DNA of 64,000 nucleotides, from positions 11,340-75,339 of the IMG/VR virus record IMGVR_UViG_2627853630_000004. The stretch is one strand, 5' to 3'. Each line of letters starts with the position of its first letter. The first letter of the stretch is position 1. Below are positions 53,975 to 64,000 of this stretch, piece by piece. The position numbers and the translations under genes are program-made. This DNA is from a virus (Duplodnaviria; Caudoviricetes). The notes beneath the pieces were generated by a model, which saw only the letters and a list, made by a program, of their open reading frames with translations, did no database searches and was not told where the DNA came from.

Positions 53975-55512
53975 GTGCAAAATATCTTGCTCTGTTAACC
54001 AATATCGGCGCGGCCAAACTAGCTAACGCCACCGCATTGGGTAGCCGCCTGAACATTACCCAAATGGCCGTTGGTGACGGCGGCGGCGTATTGCCAACAC
54101 CAAATCCGGCACAAATCGCGTTGATAAACGAAAAACGTCGGGCAGCACTCAATAGCCTGAGTGTTGACACGAAAAACCCCAGCCAGATTATCGCCGAGCA
54201 GGTTATTCCCGAAACCGAAGGAGGATGGTGGATACGTGAAATCGGCCTGTTTGACGATGACGGCAATCTGATTGCGGTCGCCAACTGCCCGGAGACGTAT
54301 AAGCCACAATTACATGAAGGAAGTGGCCGCATCCAGACCGTGCGCATGATTTTGATTGTCAGCAGTACCGACGCCGTGACGCTGAAAATCGATCCGGCTG
54401 TCGTGTTAGCCACGCGGAGCTATGTGGATAACGCACTGGCAGAACATGAAAAAAACCGCAGACACCCTGACGGGACGCTGACGGCAAAGGGATTCGTGCA
54501 ACTGAGCAACGCGACGAACAGCGACAGTGAAACGCTGGCCGCCACCCCGAAAGCGGTAAAAGCTGCGAATGATAACGCCAATGGCCGTGTGCCGTCTGAT
54601 CGCAAGGTGAACGGTAAGGCACTATCGGCGGATATCGTGCTGGGTGCCGGAGATGTGGGCGCGTTAGCGAAAGACCAGAACGGCGCAGATATCCAAAATA
54701 AAGCCCTGTTCGCTAAAAATGCGAGTGTGCCGTTTTTGGGCGGCAATTGGGTTAATTTTGGTAACAGTGCGGGCGCGTGGACAACCCAGCAATTTGTTGA
54801 TTTCCTGAATGACATGGGGGCGTTTGATCATCTGTATTTTGTGTGTGCTGCAACGTGGAGCTACGCAACCAATAGAAAAATCACGGATACAGGCTGCGGC
54901 ATCATTGAATTGTCGGGCGCAACGGTTGAGGTCTTCGCCGAAAGGTTCTATCTGAGAACGATCCGCGTAACGACAATGGCGACCTCTAACGATTCGGCAT
55001 CCGTACCGGGGCAATTTATTTATGTCGATGAGGGGAACGGGGGGCGCTGGCGCAGGGAATTTAATACTGACAATCTCAGCCCAGCGAGTATTGGCGCGAT
55101 TCAGGGAAATGAGTTGGTCGGTATTCCGCAGCCGTGGCCGTTAGTCACCGCCCCCGACGGCTGGTTAGCGTGCGCCGGTCAAACCTTTGACACGTCGCGT
55201 TACCCCGTTCTGGCTAGCCGTTACCCGCAGGGGAGATTGCCCGACCTGCGCGGCGAATTTATTCGTGGCTGGGACAGTGGGCGCGGGGCGGATGCCGGAC
55301 GCAGCAATCTGTCCAGCCAGTCATTTTCAACCGAGTCACACACGCATGCAGGCGCGACGCTGGATTCGGGGTTCGGTGAAATAGTTCACGTCGGGAAAGG
55401 ATTGCAGAACGGGGACGCTACGCTGTATTCACGCACGGGTGTGAATAACAACGCTGGCACTGAAACCCGCCCCCGCAATATCGCATTTAACTACATCGTG
55501 AGGGCCGCATAA
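53971..55512 (+). CDS. H: Tail fibre gpH
   Basis: P2 H N-terminus, KGFVQLS repeat, collar domain PDLRGEFIRGWD, ETRPRNIAFNYIVRAA. Confidence 0.9.
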   Translation: MSAKYLALLTNIGAAKLANATALGSRLNITQMAVGDGGGVLPTPNPAQIALINEKRRAALNSLSVDTKNPSQIIAEQVIPETEGGWWIREIGLFDDDGNLIAVANCPETYKPQLHEGSGRIQTVRMILIVSSTDAVTLKIDPAVVLATRSYVDNALAEHEKNRRHPDGTLTAKGFVQLSNATNSDSETLAATPKAVKAANDNANGRVPSDRKVNGKALSADIVLGAGDVGALAKDQNGADIQNKALFAKNASVPFLGGNWVNFGNSAGAWTTQQFVDFLNDMGAFDHLYFVCAATWSYATNRKITDTGCGIIELSGATVEVFAERFYLRTIRVTTMATSNDSASVPGQFIYVDEGNGGRWRREFNTDNLSPASIGAIQGNELVGIPQPWPLVTAPDGWLACAGQTFDTSRYPVLASRYPQGRLPDLRGEFIRGWDSGRGADAGRSNLSSQSFSTESHTHAGATLDSGFGEIVHVGKGLQNGDATLYSRTGVNNNAGTETRPRNIAFNYIVRAA

Positions 55513-56132
55513 TGAGCAACTATTCAACACAAATTAAAAACGCAGAACTGAACGAACATGGGCTGGCAATCCAGTCTGGCTGGATTACGGTGTATCACGT
55601 TAATTCAGCGACGCGGGAATACCAGAGCGCCAGCTATGAATATGTGATGCAGGGTGTTGGCCTGCCTGCGGACAGCTACGCCGACGAGCCGGAATTACCG
55701 CCTGTCGGACAAGCCTTGCGCCGTAGTGCAGACGGTCAATCATGGGAGCAGGTGCCAGACTATCGCGGCCAGACGGTTTACCACACCGACACGCGACAGG
55801 CACAGATCGTTACGCAGTTTGGCGAACTGCCGGATAGCGTCACGCTGCTGAAACCCGCGTCAGAGTTTGATAAGTGGAACGGGAAAAAGTGGCTGATCGA
55901 CAAAACCGCGAAAGCCGCCGCCGCTATCAAATCCGCACAGCAGGAGCTGGCAACGCGCAAAGCGGACGCCACGTCGCGCATTACCGAGCTGACGTATGCG
56001 CTTAATCTGGACATTGCGACCGACGCCGAAAAGGACGCGCTGGCAGCGTGGCAAAAATACACCGTGTTGCTGAACCGTATCGATGTTAACGCTGCTGATA
56101 TCGACTGGCCGCTGACACCGGTAACGAATTGA
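55512..56132 (+). CDS. G: Tail fibre assembly chaperone gpG
   Basis: GVGLPA, PDYRG, IATDAE, IDWP. Confidence 0.85.
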   Translation: MSNYSTQIKNAELNEHGLAIQSGWITVYHVNSATREYQSASYEYVMQGVGLPADSYADEPELPPVGQALRRSADGQSWEQVPDYRGQTVYHTDTRQAQIVTQFGELPDSVTLLKPASEFDKWNGKKWLIDKTAKAAAAIKSAQQELATRKADATSRITELTYALNLDIATDAEKDALAAWQKYTVLLNRIDVNAADIDWPLTPVTN

Positions 56133-56247
56133 TCGCTACCGCCGATCAATAACGCATAATCGATCTGTATAAACGTTTATAAAATAGCCAGCCCTGATGT
56201 CATTATGTCTATGGTTTTAAAATAATAATGATCCATCGGGGAAAGCG

Positions 56248-56280
56248 AAGCCCACTGTTTGCCAAGCAGTGGGCTTTTTT
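56248..56280. terminator. Terminator between the convergent G and U/moron transcripts
   Basis: AAGCCCACTG-TTTGCCAAG-CAGTGGGCTT followed by a T run. Confidence 0.75.
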
Positions 56281-56300
56281 ATACTTAATATTTTAAGCAC

Positions 56301-56693
56301 TTATTTATCTGAACAGCGTTTTATCCAAAGATCATTCATTTGCTTGTGGGGGCTAATGCTGTCACTGGTTGCTTTATCCCTATCAAAGTCGGGGAGCTCA
56401 TTCCCTAGTGCATCTAATAAAGCTTTATGGTGCTTATCCTCAGAGAAAAGACGTTTGATATCAATTTGTAATTTATACCCTGCGATGCGTTCTTTTTCAT
56501 CGTCTGAGTTTGTTAAATATAATGCTACTGCAACAACGTCTTTAAGTAAGAATTCATAACAGCGTTCATCGTTCTCTCTTTTTTCATCTGGCGCGATATC
56601 TTTAGCTTTTTGTACCAAAACTGATGCGAGACTTTTCATTGGTAGTTCCTGATCATCGGGTTGAGAAATTAGGTTCGCATAGCCGACCACCAT
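56301..56693 (-). CDS. Hypothetical AT-rich moron protein
   Basis: 130-aa ORF directly after U, sharply lower GC than its neighbours. Confidence 0.6.
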   Translation of the reverse strand: MVVGYANLISQPDDQELPMKSLASVLVQKAKDIAPDEKRENDERCYEFLLKDVVAVALYLTNSDDEKERIAGYKLQIDIKRLFSEDKHHKALLDALGNELPDFDRDKATSDSISPHKQMNDLWIKRCSDK

Positions 56694-56699
56694 TTGACC

Positions 56700-57116
56700 T
56701 TAAAAAGATATATCCATATCGCCCAGCATTTCCCGCAAATCTTCGCTAACCCGTTCCAGATTCAGCGTAAATGAGATATGCCGCGCCTTACCGTCGTTAA
56801 AAAACTCGGAACGGGTTTTGTTAATGTTGGTAATCACGTACATACCGTAGATGTTGCCCGTCCCTTCGATCAGCGGCCAGGCTTTTCCTGTGTAGGCCAT
56901 CGTTTCCAGCACGTTTAATGACACGTCACCGCCGGTTATTTCTGGATACAGCTCACCGGACAGTGTGATTTTATCTTCCCCTGCGCCGATATACTGATAG
57001 CGAGGGGATTTGCCGACCCGATCATTTTTAGCATGTCGCCAGCTGCTGTCGTGGCTCAGGGATTGGTACGGCGTAGTCTGCCGCATGAAAACGAACATAC
57101 CCAGAATCATCATCAT
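56700..57116 (-). CDS. U: Tail protein gpU
   Basis: MMILGMFVF, ITLSGELYPEITGG. Confidence 0.9.
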   Translation of the reverse strand: MMMILGMFVFMRQTTPYQSLSHDSSWRHAKNDRVGKSPRYQYIGAGEDKITLSGELYPEITGGDVSLNVLETMAYTGKAWPLIEGTGNIYGMYVITNINKTRSEFFNDGKARHISFTLNLERVSEDLREMLGDMDISF

Positions 57117-57126
57117 GATAGGAGCC

Positions 57127-60100
57127 CTATACGTTATCGGTCAGTTGTGAGCGCTGGCGACGCTGCTTACGGCGTTCAATATCGTCTATTTCCTGTCGCA
57201 GCCTTGCGACGAGTTTGTTTTCATCAAGACTGCGTGCATCCTGAATCGTGATATTGATTTCATATTTGTCTGTGTTGGCCATACCGGCAGACATCGCCGT
57301 TTTCATCTGTGCTGCAGGTGAATTGATGGCCGGAACGTCCGCCCCAGCAGGTTGAACAGTAAACGGCAGGACGGAAGCGGCCAGCACACCGGCGGTTTGC
57401 TTCACACGCTCAAGCAGGGGGATTTTGGGCTGTGCAGGCATAACCTGTGATTCACGATAGCCGTTCGCCAGCATGACGGCCGGCGGCACGTTTTTAAAAA
57501 CGATATCACCCAGCTTGTTGGGATCTTTTTTCTCTTCAGTGGCTGCTGTGCTGCCTGTTTTTGCTGTCGTTGGGTTGCTGCCAGTCAGGTCCGGCAACGC
57601 TCCAGTTTTAGGCTTGCTGCTTTCACCTGCCGGTGGTTTTGCTGCCTCACCGGTTTTAATCACCGCATCGGCTTCTTTGGGGGGCTGAGGCTTCCATTCC
57701 TGCGCCACCATTTTCTTTTGTTTCTTATCCCACACGTACATAACCGGCTTTTTAGGTTCATAGCCTTTTTCCGGCATTGCGCCGTTCATGGCGTTCGATG
57801 CCGATATAGCGGCATTTGCTGCTTTAGGGATAACGCCCAGCTTTTCCAGTATCCAGCCAATCCCTTCGGCAACTTTCAAAATAACTGTCACTACGCCACC
57901 AATCGCCATTCCAACCACTTCACCAAACACTTTCCCAGCTTCAGTGCATTGTTTCAGTGATTCAGATGAGGCGTTGACCGGTTCAAACAGTTTTTTGAAC
58001 CAGTCCCATACGCCACTAATAGCCTGTCCGATCCCGTCAAAAATCGGTGATAACGCTGAGAAGGATTGTTTAACCGGCTCAAGACCAGCGCTCAGACCGC
58101 TGAAAAAACCGCTGAAAAACGCCTTAATCGGTTCCCAGTATTTGTAAATCAATACACCTGCCGCAACGATTGCCGCGCCGATAATGCCGATTGGGCTGAG
58201 CAACAACATGAAGCCAGTACGCAAGATGTTAAATACTGCCATCCCTGACCCACTCAGTGCAGAAAATCCAGATGTCGCCAGCATCCGCACGCCATTACCC
58301 AGCGCCGATAGCGCCGCGCCTGGCTGAGTGAATACCATCAACAAGGAACGGCCAACACCCTGAGCAATACCGCCGATCCCACCGATGCCACTGCGTATAC
58401 TGGTAAGGATGCCACCCCACGCGCGAGTGCTGGACAGGCTACCAGTCATAACACCGCTAAGCCTGCTGAACATACTTGTAACGGTGCCAATACCCTTACC
58501 ACCGCTTAACAGGGATAGGCCAAGTTGCAGTTTGGAAAATGGCCCCATCAATATGCCGGTAGCGAGGGACACGGTGCCAATTGCCGCGGTGAGGGCCAGC
58601 GCACCACCAACAACAACGAGCAGCGTTTGAGCCAGCTCAGGATTAGCCGTTACCCACTCGCGGACGCTATTCACTAACGTCGTCGCGCCTTGAGCCAGTT
58701 TGCGCAAAACGCCTGAGTCATTTTCAAAGATGGCAAAACGTAGCCCGCTCAGTGCGCCGCCGAGCTTGTCGATATCCCCCGACAGGTTATCGCGTAACGT
58801 GCTGCCCATACGTTCAGCCGTTCCGCTGACATCGCTGAACTGGTCTTTGGTATTGGCTAGCGCTGACAGGAAATTAGGGATCTGATCGACAGACAGGTCT
58901 TCTATTGGTGTGCCAAATAATGCAATGGCCGCATTTGCCCGTTCGGCAGGGTCTTTAATCTTCAATAGCCCCTGCGCAGTTTGCTGCATCGCGTTACGTG
59001 CTTGCGCGCCACCGCTGGCGATGGCCGACGCGACACGTTTCGCATTCAAGCCGATAGTGTCATACGCCGCTACGCTGGCTTTGGACATGTCAGAGCCACG
59101 GATAGAAAATTCTTTGACGGCATCACCGGTCTTATCCAGCGCAAATTTCCCCTGTTGCGCCATCTTGACCAGCAGTGTCATGGCTTCAGAACCGCTGTAA
59201 CCCATGTTCCTGAAATGCGTTGAATACTCATGCAATATCTCAGGTAACTCGCCGCGCATCTGGGTAGACACGCGTTGCATTCCTGCCGTCATCAAATCGA
59301 ATGCTTCATCGCTGCTGCGAGCCAGGCCATTTTTCATCATAATGGCGGCAATCTGGATGTGTTCCGCTGTATCGCCGCCAAGCACGGATTGCATATCCAA
59401 TGCTTTGCGCGAGATCCTGTCTAATTCAGCTTCACCGACTTCCCCTAATGCCCCTAGTGAGCTACGCACCGCAGATACGGTGCTGGCAATATGGCTGAGG
59501 TCATCGCTCACGCCGTCACTGTTAATGCTTTTGATTATGCGAGAGTACTGAGAACCCATTGCGGAGGCTTCCGCATTTTGTGCGGCAATCACTGCCCCGC
59601 TTTTATCTGATTGCAGATTGGGGGCCATCATTCTGGCGCCGACATACGCACCGGCTGCACTGGCACCTATTGCCATTGCCCCCGTGCTACGCAGGTTACT
59701 CGCCGTCTGCTGCATCCTGTCATAGCGTGCGCGCGCTTGTGTTACTGTTGTCAGTCGTCGCTGCTGCTCTGTCAGTTGCTGGTTGTACCGTGCCGTCTGG
59801 CGGGTTATTTGTTCCGTGGCTTTGCCACTGCGATCAAGCGTTACGCCGTGTCGGGAGATTTCCTGTCGTAATTCGCCGAGGCGGGTTTGCTCGTCTTTTT
59901 GGACTTTTGCCAGCTGGCTGATTACGGCGCGCTGCTTGTTGAGCGCGGCAGTTTGTTCTTCTGTTCGCCCCTTTGCTGCCCCGAACTCTGCTTTCATGGC
60001 TGCGGCTTTTGCTTTGGCCTGCTCCAGTTCGCGGGTTGTTTTTGCTGATGCGGCTGTCAGGCGATCAAAACTGCTTGCCTGCCGCTCCAGTCCTTTGAGG

Positions 60101-60225
60101 GTGTTTTGCGTGGATTTGATTTGATCGGCCAGCGCCGCCGTGCTGCTGCGTGCTGCACTGGCGGGCCGAGCCATATTATTGATCGCGCTGAACGCCACGC
60201 GAATATTGAGATTGCGATCTGTCAT
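57127..60225 (-). CDS. T: Tail tape measure protein gpT
   Basis: 1032 aa, Ala/Gly-rich, IYKYWEPIKAFF repeats. Confidence 0.9.
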   Translation of the reverse strand: MTDRNLNIRVAFSAINNMARPASAARSSTAALADQIKSTQNTLKGLERQASSFDRLTAASAKTTRELEQAKAKAAAMKAEFGAAKGRTEEQTAALNKQRAVISQLAKVQKDEQTRLGELRQEISRHGVTLDRSGKATEQITRQTARYNQQLTEQQRRLTTVTQARARYDRMQQTASNLRSTGAMAIGASAAGAYVGARMMAPNLQSDKSGAVIAAQNAEASAMGSQYSRIIKSINSDGVSDDLSHIASTVSAVRSSLGALGEVGEAELDRISRKALDMQSVLGGDTAEHIQIAAIMMKNGLARSSDEAFDLMTAGMQRVSTQMRGELPEILHEYSTHFRNMGYSGSEAMTLLVKMAQQGKFALDKTGDAVKEFSIRGSDMSKASVAAYDTIGLNAKRVASAIASGGAQARNAMQQTAQGLLKIKDPAERANAAIALFGTPIEDLSVDQIPNFLSALANTKDQFSDVSGTAERMGSTLRDNLSGDIDKLGGALSGLRFAIFENDSGVLRKLAQGATTLVNSVREWVTANPELAQTLLVVVGGALALTAAIGTVSLATGILMGPFSKLQLGLSLLSGGKGIGTVTSMFSRLSGVMTGSLSSTRAWGGILTSIRSGIGGIGGIAQGVGRSLLMVFTQPGAALSALGNGVRMLATSGFSALSGSGMAVFNILRTGFMLLLSPIGIIGAAIVAAGVLIYKYWEPIKAFFSGFFSGLSAGLEPVKQSFSALSPIFDGIGQAISGVWDWFKKLFEPVNASSESLKQCTEAGKVFGEVVGMAIGGVVTVILKVAEGIGWILEKLGVIPKAANAAISASNAMNGAMPEKGYEPKKPVMYVWDKKQKKMVAQEWKPQPPKEADAVIKTGEAAKPPAGESSKPKTGALPDLTGSNPTTAKTGSTAATEEKKDPNKLGDIVFKNVPPAVMLANGYRESQVMPAQPKIPLLERVKQTAGVLAASVLPFTVQPAGADVPAINSPAAQMKTAMSAGMANTDKYEINITIQDARSLDENKLVARLRQEIDDIERRKQRRQRSQLTDNV

Positions 60226-60422
60226 TCCGAGTTTCCGCTTCTAACGGCTGCTCGGCTGCGCCATGCCAGCAGCTCATCTACTGGCATGGCATCCATCGCC
60301 GACGGCAACCAATGGAAAATTGCTGCGATGTCGGCCATCACCTCTTCAATACGGTTAAACGGGCAATGAATTACGCCGTTACCGCGCCCGTCTCGTTCGC
60401 TGGGGAAGAGGGTTGCAAAAAA
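60222..60422 (-). CDS. E': gpE' extension made by a -1 programmed frameshift
   Basis: TTTTTTG slippery site at 60416-60422 in E; -1 frame gives MADIAAIFHWLPS..W...A..RSG as in P2 E+E'. Confidence 0.85.
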   Translation of the reverse strand, partial: FFATLFPSERDGRGNGVIHCPFNRIEEVMADIAAIFHWLPSAMDAMPVDELLAWRSRAAVRSGNSE

Positions 60423-60682
60423 GTGGCCACCGCATTGGATAGCTGGCAAAAATCCCAGGTATCCATCGTGGTAAGTTCTTCTTTCGTCAGCGCCGGACTG
60501 GTGACACGAGGAAGCAACGTCAGCAGGCTATCAACATCAGACGTCATCACATCGTAGACCTTCAGCCCACGCAGCGATCCGGCCTGCTTCAGTGCGCCGG
60601 TGATCGTGACTTCTTTCACATCGCCGCCTTTACGCACGATCGGGTTTTGTAGAATGACGACGCTATTTTGTTTCTCAGTCAT
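60371..60682 (-). CDS. E: Tail assembly chaperone gpE
   Basis: AGSLRGL, LLPRVTSPALT. Confidence 0.9.
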   Translation of the reverse strand: MTEKQNSVVILQNPIVRKGGDVKEVTITGALKQAGSLRGLKVYDVMTSDVDSLLTLLPRVTSPALTKEELTTMDTWDFCQLSNAVATFLQPSSPANETGAVTA

Positions 60683-60697
60683 GGTAGAAATTTCCTG

Positions 60698-61213
60698 TTA
60701 TAGCCCAACGTTAGCGCGGTGTTTTTCAAGCATATCGACACCGGCCACTTTATAGATCATGTTCAGCACATCCACTTCCATCACTTCTTCACCGCTGACC
60801 GTCAGCTTGAAGTAAGTATTTTTCAGGGTGTATTTATGCGCCGTATCTTCCCCTACTTTTGCAGATCCAGGGTCAAGCTCGGTAAACCGGCCACGTGTCT
60901 GGATTTCACACGGTACTGCTTCGCCCGTCGCTTCATCCTGATAAGAACCTGCAAAGCGCGTTTGCATGCCGTCAGCCGTGGACACGCCCCATTTTTTCAG
61001 CAAGTTGGCATCCAGCCCGCCAAGCATGATTTCCATATCCAGCGCGCCCGCATCAAAACCGAAGTCAATCGCGACAAAGCCAGGCATGCCGCCCGCCTGA
61101 TAGTCTTCTGTCTTACGCGTGAGCTTAGGCGGTGTCACTTCCGGAACCTGGCCGAAATAGTTGTCACCGTCGATAAATAGATTGAAGTATTTAAGTTTCT
61201 TTGGCAGAGACAT
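60698..61213 (-). CDS. FII: Tail tube protein gpFII
   Basis: LPKKLKYFNLF, PKLTRK, GGM. Confidence 0.95.
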   Translation of the reverse strand: MSLPKKLKYFNLFIDGDNYFGQVPEVTPPKLTRKTEDYQAGGMPGFVAIDFGFDAGALDMEIMLGGLDANLLKKWGVSTADGMQTRFAGSYQDEATGEAVPCEIQTRGRFTELDPGSAKVGEDTAHKYTLKNTYFKLTVSGEEVMEVDVLNMIYKVAGVDMLEKHRANVGL

Positions 61214-61223
61214 GATTTACCCC

Positions 61224-62417
61224 TTACCCGCTGAACGTATTAGCGAACGTTGCGAAGTATTCGTCAGTAAACTCCTGCACCAGATCCAGATGCTCCAATG
61301 GCGGAACGGGTGTGTAGTTGTACTTGATGGTTAATTTTCCAGTGCGCAGCGTTTCGCCGGTGTTGGTTTCTTTGTCATACCAACAATTCGCACCCAACAG
61401 ACGGCCAGCGGTGACAAGCGCCGTTAATTTGCGGTTGATGCCGTCCACAATATCTTTTGCCAGTGAGGGCGTCAGCGGCTTATCAATGTAGAAGAAATGT
61501 GCTTCTGCGATGGTATCTGCGAGGATTTGCGCCGTACGGGTGTAGCTTTCAAAAAGGTAGGTTTCACGATCACAGGTGCGCGATCCCCAAAAGCGAAAGC
61601 CGTTTTGCTTAATCAGCGTGGTGATGCCGTTGCTGTTCAGCTCGTCGGCGTCGGTATCGGTTCCCTGTAGCGTGAAATACACATCTTTGCTCAGTCCCAG
61701 CACACCGTTTACCGCAACGTTGGATAACACCTTGTGCCAGCCCGTCTCCGCATCAATTTTGGCACGCAGGCCAACCGCAAACGCTGGCGCAGGTACGATC
61801 GCGTTTTCCCCTTTTGCGGTGTCGTAGGCGATAAAGTCAGGCCAGATCACCATAAGTTCACGCTGGGAGAAATTTTCGCGGTACGTTTTCGCCGCCGCGA
61901 TAGTTGCGCAGTCATGCGCACTGACATAGGCGAACGCGTTTAGCTTTTCAGCAATTACGGCCAGTTGCGCGGCAACGGCCTGGGTATCCAGTTCTGGCAC
62001 TGCAAGTACACGCGGACGAACACCAATTCGCGCCTCTGCCGACAGCAGCGCATACAGCCCCGTATAGCGCCCGTTGGCATCAGAACCGCCGATCACTAAC
62101 TGATCTTGCGTCAGTTTAGGTTCATTGCCTTCCGCTTGCGCATTCGCCGCATCTGCCACGCGGATCACCACCGTTTGAGGACTGGCTTGATCGGAAATGC
62201 ATTTCAGCGTGGTGTGTAACGTGCCTGTTTTACCCGCTTTGCCCAGTACGCTGGCAACGCGGGTTAACAGTACCGGTTCGTTTAACGGGAACGTATCAGC
62301 GTCGGCATCATCGGCGGTACATACCACGCCGATCACTGCCGAGTCGATATCGTTAATGATGGTGCTGAGATCCGTTGTTTCTCGGACGGTCACACCGTGA
62401 TGATAATTAGTCGCCAT
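61224..62417 (-). CDS. FI: Tail sheath protein gpFI
   Basis: YHHGV, FPLNEPVL, GFRFWGSRT, YTPVPPLE. Confidence 0.95.
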   Translation of the reverse strand: MATNYHHGVTVRETTDLSTIINDIDSAVIGVVCTADDADADTFPLNEPVLLTRVASVLGKAGKTGTLHTTLKCISDQASPQTVVIRVADAANAQAEGNEPKLTQDQLVIGGSDANGRYTGLYALLSAEARIGVRPRVLAVPELDTQAVAAQLAVIAEKLNAFAYVSAHDCATIAAAKTYRENFSQRELMVIWPDFIAYDTAKGENAIVPAPAFAVGLRAKIDAETGWHKVLSNVAVNGVLGLSKDVYFTLQGTDTDADELNSNGITTLIKQNGFRFWGSRTCDRETYLFESYTRTAQILADTIAEAHFFYIDKPLTPSLAKDIVDGINRKLTALVTAGRLLGANCWYDKETNTGETLRTGKLTIKYNYTPVPPLEHLDLVQEFTDEYFATFANTFSG

Positions 62418-62491
62418 GCTTGTTGCCTCAATGCGTCAAATGTCCGGCTTCATGATTGCGGGATTTCGTGGGCTACGCACGGCGTTTGCTG

Positions 62492-62509
62492 TGTCTTAGA
62501 GTCGCGACA
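62492..62509. promoter_or_regulatory. Ogr-binding site between the divergent FI and D genes
   Basis: TGT-CTTAGAGTCGCG-ACA. Confidence 0.7.
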
Positions 62510-62573
62510 ACCAGCGCCGGTTGTCCCTACGCGCGCGTAACGCGAGTATTCATGCAGAGATCAGGGGGTAACA

Positions 62574-63707
62574 ATGTCAATCATGGACACGCTAGGGGCT
62601 ATTTCTGGACGTCTGGACGAGTATTCACCCCGTCCGGCGTTTATGGTGAGAGTTGGTGATAAGCAGGTTACGGATCTGAATGATCGGCTGATGTCGTTAT
62701 CGCTGACAGATAACCGAGGCTTTGAAGCGGATTCACTTGAATTGGTGCTTGACGATGCCGACGGAAAATTAGCCCTGCCGGAGCGCGGTGCAAAGGTCAC
62801 GGTGGCGCTGGGCTGGGCGAATGAACCGCTAATCAGTAAAGGAGTATTCACGGTTGATGAAATTGCGCATCGTGGCCCGCCGGATCAGTTGACTATCAGC
62901 GCCCGCAGTGCCGACTTCAGAGAGTCATTCAACGTCAAACGCGAATACAGTTGGCACAATGTGACCGTTGGATTTGTGGTATCTGCTATCGCCAGCCGTT
63001 ACGGACTGAAAGCCGGTGTAACGGAACGGCTGGCGAAGCTGGAACTTGATCACGCTGACCAGACGAATGAATCAGATATCAGCTTCCTTACGCGCATGGC
63101 GGAAATGGTAGGCGCAATCGCCACCATAAAAAACGGCATGTTGCTGTTTATTGTCCCAGGGCAAGCAGTATCGCAAAGTGGTAAACCGTTACCAGCCATC
63201 ACCATTACCCGCAGTAGCGGAGATAGTCACAGTTTCCGTGTTGCTGATCGCGATGCATACACCGGTGTTACGGCGTACTGGCTGGATCTGAATTTTGGTA
63301 AAACCAAGACCACAAAAGTGGTGCGTAAACGCAAAACCAATACGCCCGTTAAAAAGAAAGAACCCGCATCCAGCAATAAGGAGGGGAATTATCTTGAGGG
63401 AGCGGAAGGTAATGTTTATGTCATGCGTTCGACGTTTAAAACCGAGCGAGCTGCAAAACGCGCCGCGGCGGCAAAATGGTCGAAATTACAGCGTGGTGCC
63501 GCAGAATTCAGTATGACGTTAGCGCGGGGCCGTGCTGATTTATATCCCGAGTTACACGCCCGTATGTCTGGCTTTAAAGCAGTTATCGATAATGCAGACT
63601 GGATAATTACGCGCTGCGTACATGAGATTAGCCAATCGGGATTTACTACATCGCTGGAATTTGAAGTGAAAATAACGGATTGGGCAGCAGACGATAATGA
63701 TGATTAA
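62574..63707 (+). CDS. D: Baseplate hub/late control protein gpD
   Basis: LTDNRGFEAD, ARSADFR, DQTNESD, GFTTSLEFE. Confidence 0.95.
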   Translation: MSIMDTLGAISGRLDEYSPRPAFMVRVGDKQVTDLNDRLMSLSLTDNRGFEADSLELVLDDADGKLALPERGAKVTVALGWANEPLISKGVFTVDEIAHRGPPDQLTISARSADFRESFNVKREYSWHNVTVGFVVSAIASRYGLKAGVTERLAKLELDHADQTNESDISFLTRMAEMVGAIATIKNGMLLFIVPGQAVSQSGKPLPAITITRSSGDSHSFRVADRDAYTGVTAYWLDLNFGKTKTTKVVRKRKTNTPVKKKEPASSNKEGNYLEGAEGNVYVMRSTFKTERAAKRAAAAKWSKLQRGAAEFSMTLARGRADLYPELHARMSGFKAVIDNADWIITRCVHEISQSGFTTSLEFEVKITDWAADDNDD

Positions 63708-63757
63708 TACAGCGTCTGTGTATAATGTTTGTAACACCAACCGTTTGAGGGGTTGTC

Positions 63758-64000
63758 ATGGCGATCAAATGTCCAAAGTGCCGCGCAACTGCAAAAACAC
63801 GTACCAGCGTAGAACTCAGCCCATTGGTTCGACGTAGCTATCACCAGTGTCAAAACATGATGTGCGGTTACTGCTTTACCAGTATGACGCACATTGATGA
63901 AGCGCTGAACGAAACAAAACCCGCCCCTGGCGCATGTGTGCCTACCAATATCTTTCCCCGCAGTCACAAAGGGGAAAATCAGTTGGATTTAGCTCTATAA
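63758..64000 (+). CDS. ogr: Ogr/Delta-like Zn-finger late activator
   Basis: CPKC...RTS...YHQCQNMMCG..F. Confidence 0.9.
   Translation: MAIKCPKCRATAKTRTSVELSPLVRRSYHQCQNMMCGYCFTSMTHIDEALNETKPAPGACVPTNIFPRSHKGENQLDLAL

Larger units (their letters stand above)
31891..64000. mobile_element. Prophage 2: P2/186-like (Peduoviridae), right att outside the window
   Basis: int, C, cox, A, cos, Q P O N M L X, lysis, R S V W J I H G, U T E FII FI, D, ogr. Confidence 0.95.

Noticed and set aside
53971-56300. Diversity-generating retroelement or invertible tail-fibre cassette
   Set aside because: No reverse transcriptase, template repeat, invertase or alternative fibre C-terminus found
60222-60449. E/E' frameshift as a novel recoding event
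   Set aside because: It is the established P2 E+E' TTTTTTG -1 frameshift, so it is listed as a feature only

Overview
The window is entirely prophage DNA: two temperate phages in tandem at a leuZ-type tRNA-Leu(TAA) attachment site in an enterobacterial host (probably Pectobacteriaceae, inferred and not provable from this window). Positions 1-31.8 kb hold a lambdoid-regulated myovirus. It has a DUF3383 sheath, DUF2184 capsid, terminases, lysis cassette, morons including a NucA-type nuclease lipoprotein, a C5 methylase, DnaB/O replication, a YdaT-Cro-CI switch, an RNA-rich pL leader with tRNA-Ile2(CAU), and recombination, xis and int genes. Positions 31.9-64 kb hold a nearly complete P2/186-like prophage from int to ogr. 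The most notable observation is a 58-aa CsrA/RsmA-fold ORF (30077-30253) missing from the ORF track. It occurs with eight sense-strand copies of AGGCAAGACCA, six of them forming the SD-to-start spacer of early genes including its own, plus GACCA-loop hairpins. Together these suggest a phage-private Csr-like translational regulon reading ACCA instead of GGA. Also notable are a pL-leader segment antisense to the 5' UTR of the Q-containing operon, and an RVAGRDY peptide shared by the P2-like repressor C-terminus and the adjacent membrane protein N-terminus, resembling amyloid-signalling pairs. Family assignments come from motif recognition and synteny, without database searches.
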